IMG/VR virus record: IMGVR_UViG_3300021379_002051
Span: 1-58,233 of that record
DNA length: 58,233 nt
Reading direction: 5' to 3' (one strand)
Source of the DNA: a virus
Taxonomy: Duplodnaviria > Caudoviricetes
Below are positions 21,201 through 28,712 of this stretch, in pieces (position 1 is the stretch's first letter; each line of letters starts with the position of its first letter). Made by a program: the position numbers and the translations under genes. Under the pieces are notes generated by a model. It was given only the letters and a program-made list of their open reading frames with translations, ran no database searches and was not told the DNA's origin.

Positions 21201-22826
21201 AACAGTTTCACCAGGCATTAGCGCAACGTCAACTAGGCCTCCTGCTGCATACTTAGTAACAAGTCCTCCACTAGCTTTACCTTTTAATTCTTTACCAAAA
21301 CCTTTGGCAAAACCGAATCCTGCTCTTAAGCCTTTGCCGGCCAAAAGAACACCAAGCACAGGAAGTACGCCTTTCACACTATCAGCTATTTGTATCAATG
21401 CGCTTGCAAGATCTAATGCACTCTTGGTAATAGCTTTAAAGCTATCAGTACCTCCTATCTCTCTAATGAGACCAAGAAACTCTTCCCTAACCTTGGATAT
21501 TTGATTAGACAATGATAGTTGAGCAGTGGCCGCGTCCTCTGCTAACGAACCCTGACCGGCTTGAGCAACAGCAAGTGCTTTTTGTGCGGTTGCAAATTGT
21601 TGTATTAAAGGAATAACCTTACCAATCTGTCTGAAACCGCCAAGCTCTTCAACAAGTGTAGAAAATTTAACATCTCTGGGATCTAATTGATTTAACCCCT
21701 GGGAAAGTAATTGAATTGCTTTATAGGCTCCAACAAATTTACCATCTACATCTGTTAATGTGATACCAAACTCTTTAAGAGCTTCAATGGTAGAACCTCT
21801 TTGGATTCTGGTAAAAATAGTTCTCAAACCAGTAGCAATAGTTTCTGCGCTTTCACGAGTAGTAGCTCTGACGCTAGTAAAAACAGCAACAAATTCATTT
21901 AAAGCGTCTGTGCCTTCACTGACTCCACGACTAGCAGCGGCAAATACACCACCAGTACGCTGAATCGCAGCAATAATATCACCTGCTTCAACAGCAAAAC
22001 TAGCAGCTACGGCGTTGACGGAACCTAAGGCTTTTTCTAGATCGCCAGCAGAAATGCCAAACTGTCTCATTAACGCAATACTACCTTCGACAGTTCTGTT
22101 TAAGTCATCAAATGACGGAGCTAATGCACTAAGAGCCAAAGCCTTTAATGCCTTCTCTGTTTCTCTTGCAGACAAACCCGCTTGTGCTAATGTAGTAGAA
22201 ACAGAGATTAAATCGCTTGAAGCAACGCCAAGGCTTGTGGACAGATTAGTTATCTCGCTACTGATAGCTTTTAAACCATCAGCTGTTTTACCAGTTACCT
22301 GTTGTAGTCTTACTAATTGTCTATCGAACTCTATGAATTGTTTAAACGCTTGATTAATAGCATTAGTCAATGAAAAGACAGCGCTAGTTACCAAACTAAA
22401 AGCTGCAAATCTTTTGACAGCTAAAGCTGACTGTTTTCCGAAATCTTCCATCAGGGTAGTTGCTTTGGCCACTTGAGCGCCCGCCGCTTGTGCTTGTTTG
22501 CCGGTATTAGAAATATTTTGACTTACATTGGCGGTGCTAGAGGCAGCTTTAGTAGCTGCGGTGCTCATAGTATTAAATTGAGCAGCGATGCCTGATATGT
22601 TGGTGGAAACACTTTTGGAGGTTGCTTGTACTGATTTAAGAGTTTTGTTTAAACCAATAAGATTTCTGTTTATACTAGCTATATTTTTAGCACTATTAGG
22701 GTCTATAGTCAGGTTAACCGATGCCTTAACACCCTTAAGTTGTTTATTAATATTAGACACAACCTGTCTAACATTAGAAGGTCCCCTAAGATTTAGCTCA
22801 GCAGTTAGATTAAAGCCTTTGGCCAT
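12249..22826 (-). CDS. tail tape measure protein with inserted domains
   Basis: 3525 aa; TP901-type core (FDRQLVRLQQVTG..LAQAG..FAVEAGDI..ESAETIATGLRTIFTRI); Ala/Gln-rich helical stretches; GTDTVPAMLTPGEFV motifs. Confidence 0.9.
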   Translation of the reverse strand: MAKGFNLTAELNLRGPSNVRQVVSNINKQLKGVKASVNLTIDPNSAKNIASINRNLIGLNKTLKSVQATSKSVSTNISGIAAQFNTMSTAATKAASSTANVSQNISNTGKQAQAAGAQVAKATTLMEDFGKQSALAVKRFAAFSLVTSAVFSLTNAINQAFKQFIEFDRQLVRLQQVTGKTADGLKAISSEITNLSTSLGVASSDLISVSTTLAQAGLSARETEKALKALALSALAPSFDDLNRTVEGSIALMRQFGISAGDLEKALGSVNAVAASFAVEAGDIIAAIQRTGGVFAAASRGVSEGTDALNEFVAVFTSVRATTRESAETIATGLRTIFTRIQRGSTIEALKEFGITLTDVDGKFVGAYKAIQLLSQGLNQLDPRDVKFSTLVEELGGFRQIGKVIPLIQQFATAQKALAVAQAGQGSLAEDAATAQLSLSNQISKVREEFLGLIREIGGTDSFKAITKSALDLASALIQIADSVKGVLPVLGVLLAGKGLRAGFGFAKGFGKELKGKASGGLVTKYAAGGLVDVALMPGETVVSPEVVKKIGVGTLNRMNKADKMAKGGLAKVPGTGRADSFYTQIPAKSYVIRTDATNALGDKTISDIASGRQKFADGGQTKKTQQGKQVGGVGVFDSDMIGAGSKQILNAIRSSGKPYSVISGPAGSGKTTFATRKFGKNFIRSAADIEKYARFAVLSGAGATKTGDFSTEAQSLMSGAAQVIALQPSSEQVMSQRQQRIVDAESSGLPDTRSIGQLKGTMKAPTQIDSNLYKKFGNVQFVQKFDIGGEVKAGMVISEILDNKLGKVPISAKDVAFANPQVSPLASGSIAKLYAAPTGNKIQIGSASKLPLKDIEGIISRTVLGGSKTKTYNTEVAGVGEGQNEAFNSAIQKYTKEAIENSAKAWGRSANVSVSNVEFAEDFSIPGGQVGSMFEQMIQGLAGEPIASAASEDKRPFDFTNGLGRLVKRGDTGLFAIDEKIKYVDAKKGINSTQPSEFKKKISNQLAIEDFSKVQAAIQQRMNERTDSTKQQGVEGPTRDIPADLKTGVHSGSALAQRLSVKNSASAISKLGFEKSGKGWSYRQRKQASMAYGGEVPILAQEGEYVINRNSARSIGYGNLEKLNKYHSGGRVQKMAGGGKPKSNDRVGSLGLDGISGKITRASEFFIGALERFSGQLKADNIANADASIRQVTVFSGDLSAELQRNHAAHKRGAAAQTRINTEIAARIKSIRDSGLGYAEEQKYIKKLIKGIEQETAAAKKRLTITQKLSSSWTSLTGAISGATGALTGLASRFSRAKPPDSSAADAALAAAVQSQVKTSNASFARGVAGGFVPEGASVGGGATAAERAAASREAVDSGAATAWSPAVSAAMRGSPSATRSGRAGGTTMVPAQSPDIDVTKTQSSLDRLSSLATSVAVGLPLLSTAINGNREATTASEAANQSFTNGLATNLGVVTLVGSELRDLTKNVKGTKGRLLRFGAGVTTAVSAALAVGKAFVDASEASRKFKIESAKDKIEEGSETVKNTLEKLAKSGDPLSDELDNLDKALAASAAAAQEAAKNMGVQTQRASILQTLTEGVMGGGGDFGGGQQGAANRSIILQEKGTLAYLAVLGDTTKELKYMSELAPKIAKESSNVYAQSAKQFEDVLVARLKEGESLSDIMDSAAFDQNAEALARQNQAIEKQIVLIESDTRLGEGQKKALKDNIIALESQRVALEKAKQVNVELALKDLDNATKKLSYSFSRIMANMDEAIARSVSTLGQLDSAMQENIANMQGQATSGSSTGIQQLLDVISTPRAFSAQERQSSFSQATAGFGSSSDSISKVLEIGATLEDTILGAVNNAVANSADGTTEEKTGADVSSAVKQQLKNIGLPPGLSEKLSAEIGRQVATLRKEGDDNIDFSEIVEKVPAVGQALESFKTASQSVENRLKFLQSTFEQLSASTNELIGLQIDSNNRALNAQQIVINGYNALSQALGRNTSLAQKRYAIESKITSRTGGSTDPAQIRRNITNLSDQKTNLESGKAAAQAAGDVGTVQEFEKQIKQTSVSLNENVMALKDMAENTDLASAALGQIEQAQQKQRAGIGIIEKLVTSTPKQLNELNQSALRLSRNMSGVANFGTTSEQRGQDLELFNMIAPLLGDQAEPLKANVLQSMLQQSGVGVTPMFQQILDTMRNPQADPVQAEAIKTYQDAIQKQSEANVELANINNNLANDIANQTQKGIEAAIKNSVVRFDDKQITDLISGINNPGADQPAPVPAVGIATGGLIYKADGGNVNTIFKPKGTDTVPAMLTPGEFVVNKASTQKHLPLLQSINKSKGGDVSYYAEGGTVGGYKTNWAKENEDDQDRQNVSRSPIPYINPKIFDELSEGAIFGSKGNYVPVYGGNFDYTAHFLKRVSKSSSQEDVEKVLKNEQMNLLGSPAPALIGWKIGDPPFTQASLQEAGLFTGGDKVPKWKTQQPLPSSQGFDNLGGGIPINTDGTVPQISPGATDLYYDDKIQRVGPEGYPGTSPDLAMPYYSIQGQKSLAEAAINKYQAISKKLNSLQFVKKTNDLVPANNVKFLQPGNGKIPFYTKSGGYGPFGRLNDRDQYDGLVVLPQLQGNQPTPTNGTTKVNTFGEVNSGDSTFFGNKVRIPGHVGIGPQTITSPDTTGYQDPAKLTQQILTAQNDVESIKSTLDSYAGDPGFFDSISTSKAANTNLGNRLKNLESGSLGSVYTTIGTDNLNKEWKSKTKGDSLALFIEGIRDKWNETIGKFDAQQKRDADAIGAYGDGARVGGTSYLWSGAKLAANFVSKYFAGEDRTQKETAAELPAGFKIGEKQLQSFDLTSVFADIGPGLGSKNITGAFNAQEFEMPSYTQANKYSGVGDSLKGVMISDGMNYDTTLNPFDGTALAGKTLYFKDLAAAQEKFRSYYDALAAAYDKENNIFANEPGITGLMELKGINPDIAAINLDPVIAKNAKEKIPLEGNTLLQDSLIKLKERYLSQVGGEAITGKSATIDPKTKGQDWLDLGVIQDIVRGVVIPYARNIVAMGGRLPNIGSIDGLGAFAEYVSQGADYIGSRARSATDMPAIIFGQLKALGEIFSLISQNKKQEVLSKLGLPATMSDGETPPVLKDAASMTMAIQKYGQFLTQQGALSLGGDATALNQPVDQNYKINGQSIADIFKSGKVELAEVDAATGSFTSSQASEAQAPKDLKSVGKLVLNPYNVLPSGVRQAFTDNLVNTLMQARFMNAAEAVKNVGSYLAKQDNFLLDETNAAQSPAAEDAALKTANQYLLLLTNGVLGLIPDNEKLQQIKAARAQRQKEQEVQTKARGGLIYASNGTLVNFQPQGTDTVPAMLTPGEFVINRQSTQKHLPLLKAINNAGSSGLSSSQAIQRFATGGIVQPKYYQDAGMVSGGNAVMKPVPLKIEQKSINDAKTAISSAITEGAKTLSGVLSGVNILENSESFVNAISSFTRSVNNIVSNLASINLPEQIQFTGNVQVNLTGANNLTEAAESIVNNAIRKAFGDLGVANEGSIVIPQQFK

Positions 22827-22845
22827 ATAAGATTTTCCTGTATAT

Positions 22846-22887
22846 AAAAATTATCCCCAAGCCAAAAAATATTTTAGCTGGGGATAA
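22846..22887 (-). terminator. possible intrinsic terminator/hairpin upstream of tape measure
   Basis: TTATCCCCA...TGGGGATAA inverted repeat followed by a T-run on the minus strand. Confidence 0.4.
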
Positions 22888-22920
22888 CTATCATTGAAAT
22901 TACAAAAAATTAGACTTAGA

Positions 22921-23847
22921 CTATTTTTTTCTAGTTCTTGATTTACTAGTTTTTTCTTCGGGCTCCTTGTCTTCTGAAGTTTCTGTATTCTCAGACTCCG
23001 AATCATCATTAGTTGATTCTGAATCTTCATCAGTTGATTCTGAATCTTCATCATCAAGAATAATAGGGTTACCATCGTCGTCCAAAAATGGCTGACTGTC
23101 AACAATATAGTCTCCGTCTTCATTGATAAGTTTTCCGTATTTGTCAACATATTTACCTTCTTCATTAATAAATCTTCCGTTTGCATCAACCAATCGCCCT
23201 TCTTGATCAATTAATCTTCCTTGCTTATCAATAAATCTCAGATCTTTGTCAATAAATTTGTATTTCTTTAAAAACTTATTTTCTGGCAAATTGCTTTCAT
23301 AGTTGCTATCCAAACCGTACATCATATTGGCCAAAATTTGAGCGCCATTTAGAGCAACTGGCTCCGTGGATCTCTGCAAATAGTCGGCTAAATTATCGAA
23401 ATATTTTTGTTTACTATCATTATACACCACACAAACACTAACTAAATAATTAAATCTAGCATTATCAGCTTGTCCTTCAGCAGTGTGTGTGTCTAAATTG
23501 GTTCTAACGCTAATAAGCTCCCTTATCTTTTCTCTTTTTTCTTTGATTTTAATAGCTAAATCTTTAGCTTCGTTTAGGCTGAAACCACCAGCAGCAATAC
23601 GCTGTTCGCCATCTAATATCTCTTTTTGTAAAGTGTTAAATTCTGCTTCCTTCTGATCGTTCCACAAACCTTGCTCTTTTAAGAGATCATCTAATTTTGC
23701 TCTCACAATACTATCTGATTTAATAGCATCTGTAAAAGCTTGATTATATGCTTTCTGGGCTCCTCTCTGATCATCCAGAGTTGGACTCCTAACTAAGAAG
23801 GTAACTTCTTTATCATCAATAGTTGCAGTAAATGTTTTCTTATTCAT
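22921..23847 (-). CDS. putative tail assembly chaperone
   Basis: Immediately upstream of tape measure; short GRLID/GKYVD repeats and acidic tail. Confidence 0.5.
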   Translation of the reverse strand: MNKKTFTATIDDKEVTFLVRSPTLDDQRGAQKAYNQAFTDAIKSDSIVRAKLDDLLKEQGLWNDQKEAEFNTLQKEILDGEQRIAAGGFSLNEAKDLAIKIKEKREKIRELISVRTNLDTHTAEGQADNARFNYLVSVCVVYNDSKQKYFDNLADYLQRSTEPVALNGAQILANMMYGLDSNYESNLPENKFLKKYKFIDKDLRFIDKQGRLIDQEGRLVDANGRFINEEGKYVDKYGKLINEDGDYIVDSQPFLDDDGNPIILDDEDSESTDEDSESTNDDSESENTETSEDKEPEEKTSKSRTRKK

Positions 23848-23861
23848 AATGTATCTATCTC

Positions 23862-24155
23862 CTATTTGTCCTTTGATTCTGAATTAAAATAATATGTATT
23901 CTTTACTTTTGTCTGGTTATTATTAGCATTTATGTATTCTTTGAGTTCATTTATGGCTAGTCTTGATTGCTTATTACCATTATTTAATATGTCATTTCTG
24001 GTATATTCCCAAATCTCTTGAAATTTTTCAATGTTGGTATTATCTTGGGTCCATAAATACCCAAAAGCTTTTTCAAATTTAGCCAAAGAGCCTATCATTG
24101 TAGTTTGAAATTTTTTGTATATAGAATCTAATAAATCTTTATCTCTGTTATTCAT
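23862..24155 (-). CDS. hypothetical protein
   Basis: Likely start MNNRDK with GAGG upstream. Confidence 0.6.
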   Translation of the reverse strand: MNNRDKDLLDSIYKKFQTTMIGSLAKFEKAFGYLWTQDNTNIEKFQEIWEYTRNDILNNGNKQSRLAINELKEYINANNNQTKVKNTYYFNSESKDK

Positions 24156-24156
24156 T

Positions 24157-25200
24157 TTATTTCCTCTTGTTCTGTTTTTTTTGCAAATCATTCATTTGAG
24201 ATTGTATTTTATGTTTTTCGGATGGTAGCTCATATGATTTTAATTTTTGATCAGAATTCTTAATCGCTTGATTATCTTGAGCTATTAAAACCTTAGCTGT
24301 AGCATCGTTTAAGTTATTTATCTCTTGTATATCCTTTTGGCTTTCTGCAGGAAAGTAAACATTTTGGGCATTTTTTAATTTTGGATTTATAGACTGAAAT
24401 TGCTTTTCTTTCTTCTCCTTCTTTCTGTTCTCTTTCTGTAACAGCATCCATCCGTCTAAAGCATCATCATCTTCTATAACATCGTCATCTGGACATTCTG
24501 GGTGGTCGTATACACTATCATACATTCGAGACACATTAACAAGTATTCTTTGATCATCAGACCAATTAATAACACTGTCTGGAAATATATTATTTTTGTC
24601 AGCATTCCAATACGATCTCCATAACTGAGATCTAGCCAATAATTTCAGCTTATCTATATCAATATTATATTCATTTATCTGCCTTAATAAAGCATTAAAA
24701 AAAACATAGTCTATATTATCAGATGTAAAAACTTTTTTACCTTTATGTCTCAAAGTATTTTTGATAATGTATTGATTCTTTAGATTAAGAGCATGAAATT
24801 CCAGAGTATGACTAGCAAAATCATTTTTAATATCTAATATAGACGATAATTGTTTCTTAAGCCTAGATAATTGTTTTTTATTGTTTTTCTTTTGCTCGGG
24901 TATGCGATAATTCTTAAATAAATCTATCTTTACTTTGTCAATACCCTGCTCAATATTCTTAATTTGGTCTTTGGTGTTTGGCATCCATAATCCTAATACT
25001 ATAAGATAATTTTCCACATCATTGAATCTTAGCCAGTCTTCATATTTTTCATCATTAATAATATGATCGTATATAATTTCTGCTTTATACTTAATTCTGC
25101 TATTTGGTTGATATAGTGTATAATCTTTGTCATTATAAGAAAAAATAAGAGACCTGTTAATAATCCTTTGAAGTAAAAACTCCAAATCTGAATCATTCAT
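24157..25200 (-). CDS. hypothetical tail-module protein (possible chaperone)
   Basis: 347 aa between tube and tape measure; HPECPDDDVIEDDDALDGW motif. Confidence 0.55.
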   Translation of the reverse strand: MNDSDLEFLLQRIINRSLIFSYNDKDYTLYQPNSRIKYKAEIIYDHIINDEKYEDWLRFNDVENYLIVLGLWMPNTKDQIKNIEQGIDKVKIDLFKNYRIPEQKKNNKKQLSRLKKQLSSILDIKNDFASHTLEFHALNLKNQYIIKNTLRHKGKKVFTSDNIDYVFFNALLRQINEYNIDIDKLKLLARSQLWRSYWNADKNNIFPDSVINWSDDQRILVNVSRMYDSVYDHPECPDDDVIEDDDALDGWMLLQKENRKKEKKEKQFQSINPKLKNAQNVYFPAESQKDIQEINNLNDATAKVLIAQDNQAIKNSDQKLKSYELPSEKHKIQSQMNDLQKKQNKRK

Positions 25201-25345
25201 CTTCCTTCTTTGCGCTAGAATTCCTTAATAATAAAAGCTGCTGATCTTTTTCCTGAATTTGTTTTTGTAGATCTTCTATATAATTTTTCATCTGGTAAAA
25301 ATCTACATACATTTTACCTATAATAGAAAAAATTTCGTCATTCAT
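25193..25345 (-). CDS. small coiled-coil protein (50 aa)
   Basis: Hand-translated MNDEIFSIIGKMYVDFYQMKNYIEDLQKQIQEKDQQLLLLRNSSAKKEDE; fills the gap and overlaps the next start. Confidence 0.55.
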   Translation of the reverse strand: MNDEIFSIIGKMYVDFYQMKNYIEDLQKQIQEKDQQLLLLRNSSAKKEDE

Positions 25346-25402
25346 AACTTCCTTATCCTTTAAATAGTCCTTGTATCTTATTACAAATTACATCAACACT
25401 TT

Positions 25403-26380
25403 TTAAGTAAGAGTTGCAAATGTGCCAGAAACAGTAATACTGAAACTGTTATAGTTTCTGTAACTAGTAGTTACGGTAACATTTCCACCACCAGCATCTC
25501 CACCACTATAGTTGACACTAGTAATTACATTATTGCTACCTAAATTAATAGTCATCGTATTGCTACTACCGCTACTACCGCTACTAGCGCCATTACAAAT
25601 ACTCACAGATAAAGACTCGCCAGTGCTGCTACCATAACTACTACAACCAGGCTCGCTGGCACTAGCATCTCCTGCACCAGCACCCAATGCTAAGCTTTCC
25701 CACTCTGAAGTAACTTCAACAGGGAAATTTAAAAGCCTGACTGTAGGAGCAAAAGTTCCTAATTGATATAATGGTTCTCTAGAAAGATCCACACTAATAG
25801 TTACTTGCTGCATACCACTTGCAGCACCAACCATCTGTCTTCTACCAACAAAACCTCCAGCGCCAGGAAATGCGGCAGTACCTGTGGTCGTGCTGTGATT
25901 TTGTCCAATTAGAGTAACATCTTCGGTTAAATTGCCTTCTACAGGCAGGGTATATGACACATTGCTAAGGTACATACCATTCATTTGAACAGCATTCACA
26001 GCTGTTCTGGTGTTCAGATCCAGATTATTAGCAGTATCATCAAAAGCAGTCACTGTTACATCGCATGTGCGTTCAGCTAATGTATTTAATGGTAATCCGC
26101 TACCTAGACCAAGGCTACCACTACTACCACCACTACTACCACTACTACCACTACTACTAGCAGTACATAGTAAGTACAAAGGAGCAGTACCATTAATTAA
26201 TTTGGAGATAGTAACCTCTACATCTGCCAAGTCCTGTACATCTTCATATACGCTCAATCTTCCTAGCTGAAAAACCGGTTCGAGATTATATGTGGTGCTA
26301 ATTCCTAAACTTTGTACGCCAGTGATGACGCTTCCATTAATAGATACGGCTTGTGCAGCGTAATAAAGTCTATTGGCCAT
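25403..26380 (-). CDS. putative major tail tube protein
   Basis: Position after neck genes; beta-rich, with internal duplication LEPVFQLG / REPLYQLG; GGAG RBS; Ser/Gly insertions. Confidence 0.65.
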   Translation of the reverse strand: MANRLYYAAQAVSINGSVITGVQSLGISTTYNLEPVFQLGRLSVYEDVQDLADVEVTISKLINGTAPLYLLCTASSSGSSGSSGGSSGSLGLGSGLPLNTLAERTCDVTVTAFDDTANNLDLNTRTAVNAVQMNGMYLSNVSYTLPVEGNLTEDVTLIGQNHSTTTGTAAFPGAGGFVGRRQMVGAASGMQQVTISVDLSREPLYQLGTFAPTVRLLNFPVEVTSEWESLALGAGAGDASASEPGCSSYGSSTGESLSVSICNGASSGSSGSSNTMTINLGSNNVITSVNYSGGDAGGGNVTVTTSYRNYNSFSITVSGTFATLT

Positions 26381-26432
26381 GGTTTATCTCCATATGGTTG
26401 TAATTTGTACGGTTAAAATGATATACACCAAA

Positions 26433-27356
26433 CTATGGAAAAATTTCTATCTTCCATCTAATAATGGATCCAAAAAGAGCTGAACTAAAAGTATTAAACT
26501 CAACAGTGTTAGTATCAGATATATTACACCATAAAGAGGGGTAATTACTCACCAGTTGCTCGTATGTATACCCGCTTGTATTTAATGAGCCATTATAATT
26601 CAAGGTATATTTTTGATTCGATACGGCCAATTTGCTATTAAAGAGCCTGATACCCTTTTCTTTTTGATATAGCAATATTTCCGATATGGTATTTCGTTGA
26701 TTAATATTTTCAGTAAATATGTGTAAAAATACGTCCTGATATATAATATTGTCAACATTACCAAGACTATGTGGTTTAAGTTCTGTATTAGGCGCAATTT
26801 CTATCATGATCGCAGGCATTTGCATTCTGTGTGAAGCATCCATATCGTAATCACCCTGATTGTTTAGATGATTAGCTAATAAATATGTTTGTTTTTGTAG
26901 CTCCTTCCACCAAACACAATCGCTACTTTTGTAAGTCTGTATATATCGATAGCTATAATTAAGTTTAACATCAGATGTCGCAGCGATGGCGTTGTCAAAA
27001 ATAATGGCCCCTAACGGATAATTAATTGTGTAGGTTGTACTTCCAGAACCCGTCGGGCCTGCAAAAAAAGCAGAATTAACATATACGCCAGATACAGGAG
27101 TAGGAGAAGAACTGTTCACAGATACTCCAGTTTCATAAACCCAATCTTTTCTAGCAGATTGCCAAATTTTGGGATTAGATTCTGAGGGTTTTAATTTATT
27201 GAAATAATTACCAGCTAGATCTGTCGTAACACCATCAACATTGATAAAACCACCAATATTTAAAAAAGACCAATCCAAAAAAGCCTTGATATTCTCTTCT
27301 AGAGAAGCTATGCTATATCTTTGCGAAACCGATGAAACGTTATGAAAACCTATCAT
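26433..27356 (-). CDS. putative tail completion/terminator protein
   Basis: Synteny, just upstream of the tube gene. Confidence 0.45.
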   Translation of the reverse strand: MIGFHNVSSVSQRYSIASLEENIKAFLDWSFLNIGGFINVDGVTTDLAGNYFNKLKPSESNPKIWQSARKDWVYETGVSVNSSSPTPVSGVYVNSAFFAGPTGSGSTTYTINYPLGAIIFDNAIAATSDVKLNYSYRYIQTYKSSDCVWWKELQKQTYLLANHLNNQGDYDMDASHRMQMPAIMIEIAPNTELKPHSLGNVDNIIYQDVFLHIFTENINQRNTISEILLYQKEKGIRLFNSKLAVSNQKYTLNYNGSLNTSGYTYEQLVSNYPSLWCNISDTNTVEFNTFSSALFGSIIRWKIEIFP

Positions 27357-27994
27357 ATGTATCTCTCAATATTATTTTTGACTATATTCATTATATCGTT
27401 ATCATTTATACTTTTAGCTGCTCTAGTAGTCCAGTTATCGTTTTGTTTACCAGCAAAGCTGGGTGACACAGACCAACTGGAGTCGGATTTGACCATAATT
27501 GCATTACCTGTTCGTGAATGGATATTTGGTCCATATTGAACTTGATATTGTTTGATAATAGGAGATGTTCCATGATATAGTAACCACTGTAACCAAGGTA
27601 ATACATTTCCGCTATCTACTACAGAAGCGATATCAGTATATATTAAACCGTTCATATCATCTGTTTTCATAAAGCCTATAAAAAAACCACCAGTAATACC
27701 ACCAGATCCAGCCGTAATGTTTTTTGTTGTAATAGTTGCATTACTAGCCAGAAACTCTACTATTTTATTGACGCTTCCGCTATCAGCAATGCCAAAATCG
27801 TATTTTAATGTACCAGACATTAATGATCCATATTCTGGTTGTTTTTTCAAAGCATCTGTAATTAATGGTCTAAAATCTGATTCTATGGCTGGTAGAGCTT
27901 TTTTTATGACGTTATTAATTTCTTTAGTTAAAGACTGTGTAATCTTTTTTGAAACGTCGCTAGGTTTGTCTAAAAGTTTTAAGCTAAAATTCAT
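27353..27994 (-). CDS. putative neck/tail-completion protein
   Basis: Synteny; LPWLQWLL motif; start MNFSLK gives a 4-bp overlap. Confidence 0.45.
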   Translation of the reverse strand: MNFSLKLLDKPSDVSKKITQSLTKEINNVIKKALPAIESDFRPLITDALKKQPEYGSLMSGTLKYDFGIADSGSVNKIVEFLASNATITTKNITAGSGGITGGFFIGFMKTDDMNGLIYTDIASVVDSGNVLPWLQWLLYHGTSPIIKQYQVQYGPNIHSRTGNAIMVKSDSSWSVSPSFAGKQNDNWTTRAAKSINDNDIMNIVKNNIERYI

Positions 27995-28515
27995 TTTCTT
28001 TTCCACATAGTAGTAATGTAGTCGTTTGAACCCAAACCTACCGGTGTGGGATCTCCAGACCTTTCATATCTATATAAACCATATTTTTCTAAACTAGTAT
28101 CGAAAATAATTTCTGTAGCATTTCTTAATTTTGGTAATAGCTCTATTTTTGATAAAGTTTGCACATCTCCATCGGCAATTTTAACATTCGAAGAAGAAAG
28201 ATTGATCCAATACTTGCTATTAAACACAGCTATAATATCTATAATTTCAGAAGACTGAGAACTTAAAAATCCATGACCAATACACACCGGACATATGGCT
28301 CCGTCAGGAAATGGAGAAGGTCCAGAACCATTATATATTGAGCTAGAGAAATGAGATATAGGATCTCTAACACAATTATTACAGGTAGCTTCCTTGCCTC
28401 CATCGTATAGCAGTCTGCTTTTGACACTAAAACCCTGATCGCTCAATAAGTAATCTATAGCTGAATTAAATATACTCTTAAATTCTGGACCTAGTATATT
28501 ATTAAAATTTATCAT
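27991..28515 (-). CDS. putative head-closure protein with Zn-finger
   Basis: CNNC...CPVCIGHG; neck-region synteny. Confidence 0.5.
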   Translation of the reverse strand: MINFNNILGPEFKSIFNSAIDYLLSDQGFSVKSRLLYDGGKEATCNNCVRDPISHFSSSIYNGSGPSPFPDGAICPVCIGHGFLSSQSSEIIDIIAVFNSKYWINLSSSNVKIADGDVQTLSKIELLPKLRNATEIIFDTSLEKYGLYRYERSGDPTPVGLGSNDYITTMWKRK

Positions 28516-28706
28516 TGAATTACTATTTTAGGGCTTTTAAGATTATTATCGTTTTCTAAAACAACTCCGTATTGTCCAGCTGTAGCAACATTAGCGACCA
28601 CAAAAGTTTTTTTTATGGTATTAGGCGAAATATTGTCAGATATTCGCATGTCTAATATAGTAGCACTAATTTGATTTGATGATATTGTTGTATTAATAAT
28701 TTTCAT
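28512..28706 (-). CDS. hypothetical protein
   Basis: 64 aa in tight operon. Confidence 0.45.
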   Translation of the reverse strand: MKIINTTISSNQISATILDMRISDNISPNTIKKTFVVANVATAGQYGVVLENDNNLKSPKIVIQ

Positions 28707-28712
28707 ATGATT

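Noticed and set aside
12274-22830. Many plus-strand ORFs opposite the tape measure and other structural genes
   Set aside because: Antisense shadows of long coding frames, with no recognisable motifs.
22851-23210. Alternate-frame ORF as a programmed-frameshift tail chaperone extension
   Set aside because: It lies almost wholly inside 22921..23847 and I found no convincing slippery site; not excluded, but unsupported.
26113-26160. CTACTACCA microsatellite as a contingency locus
   Set aside because: In-frame triplet repeat encoding a Ser/Gly linker; length change would not switch phase.
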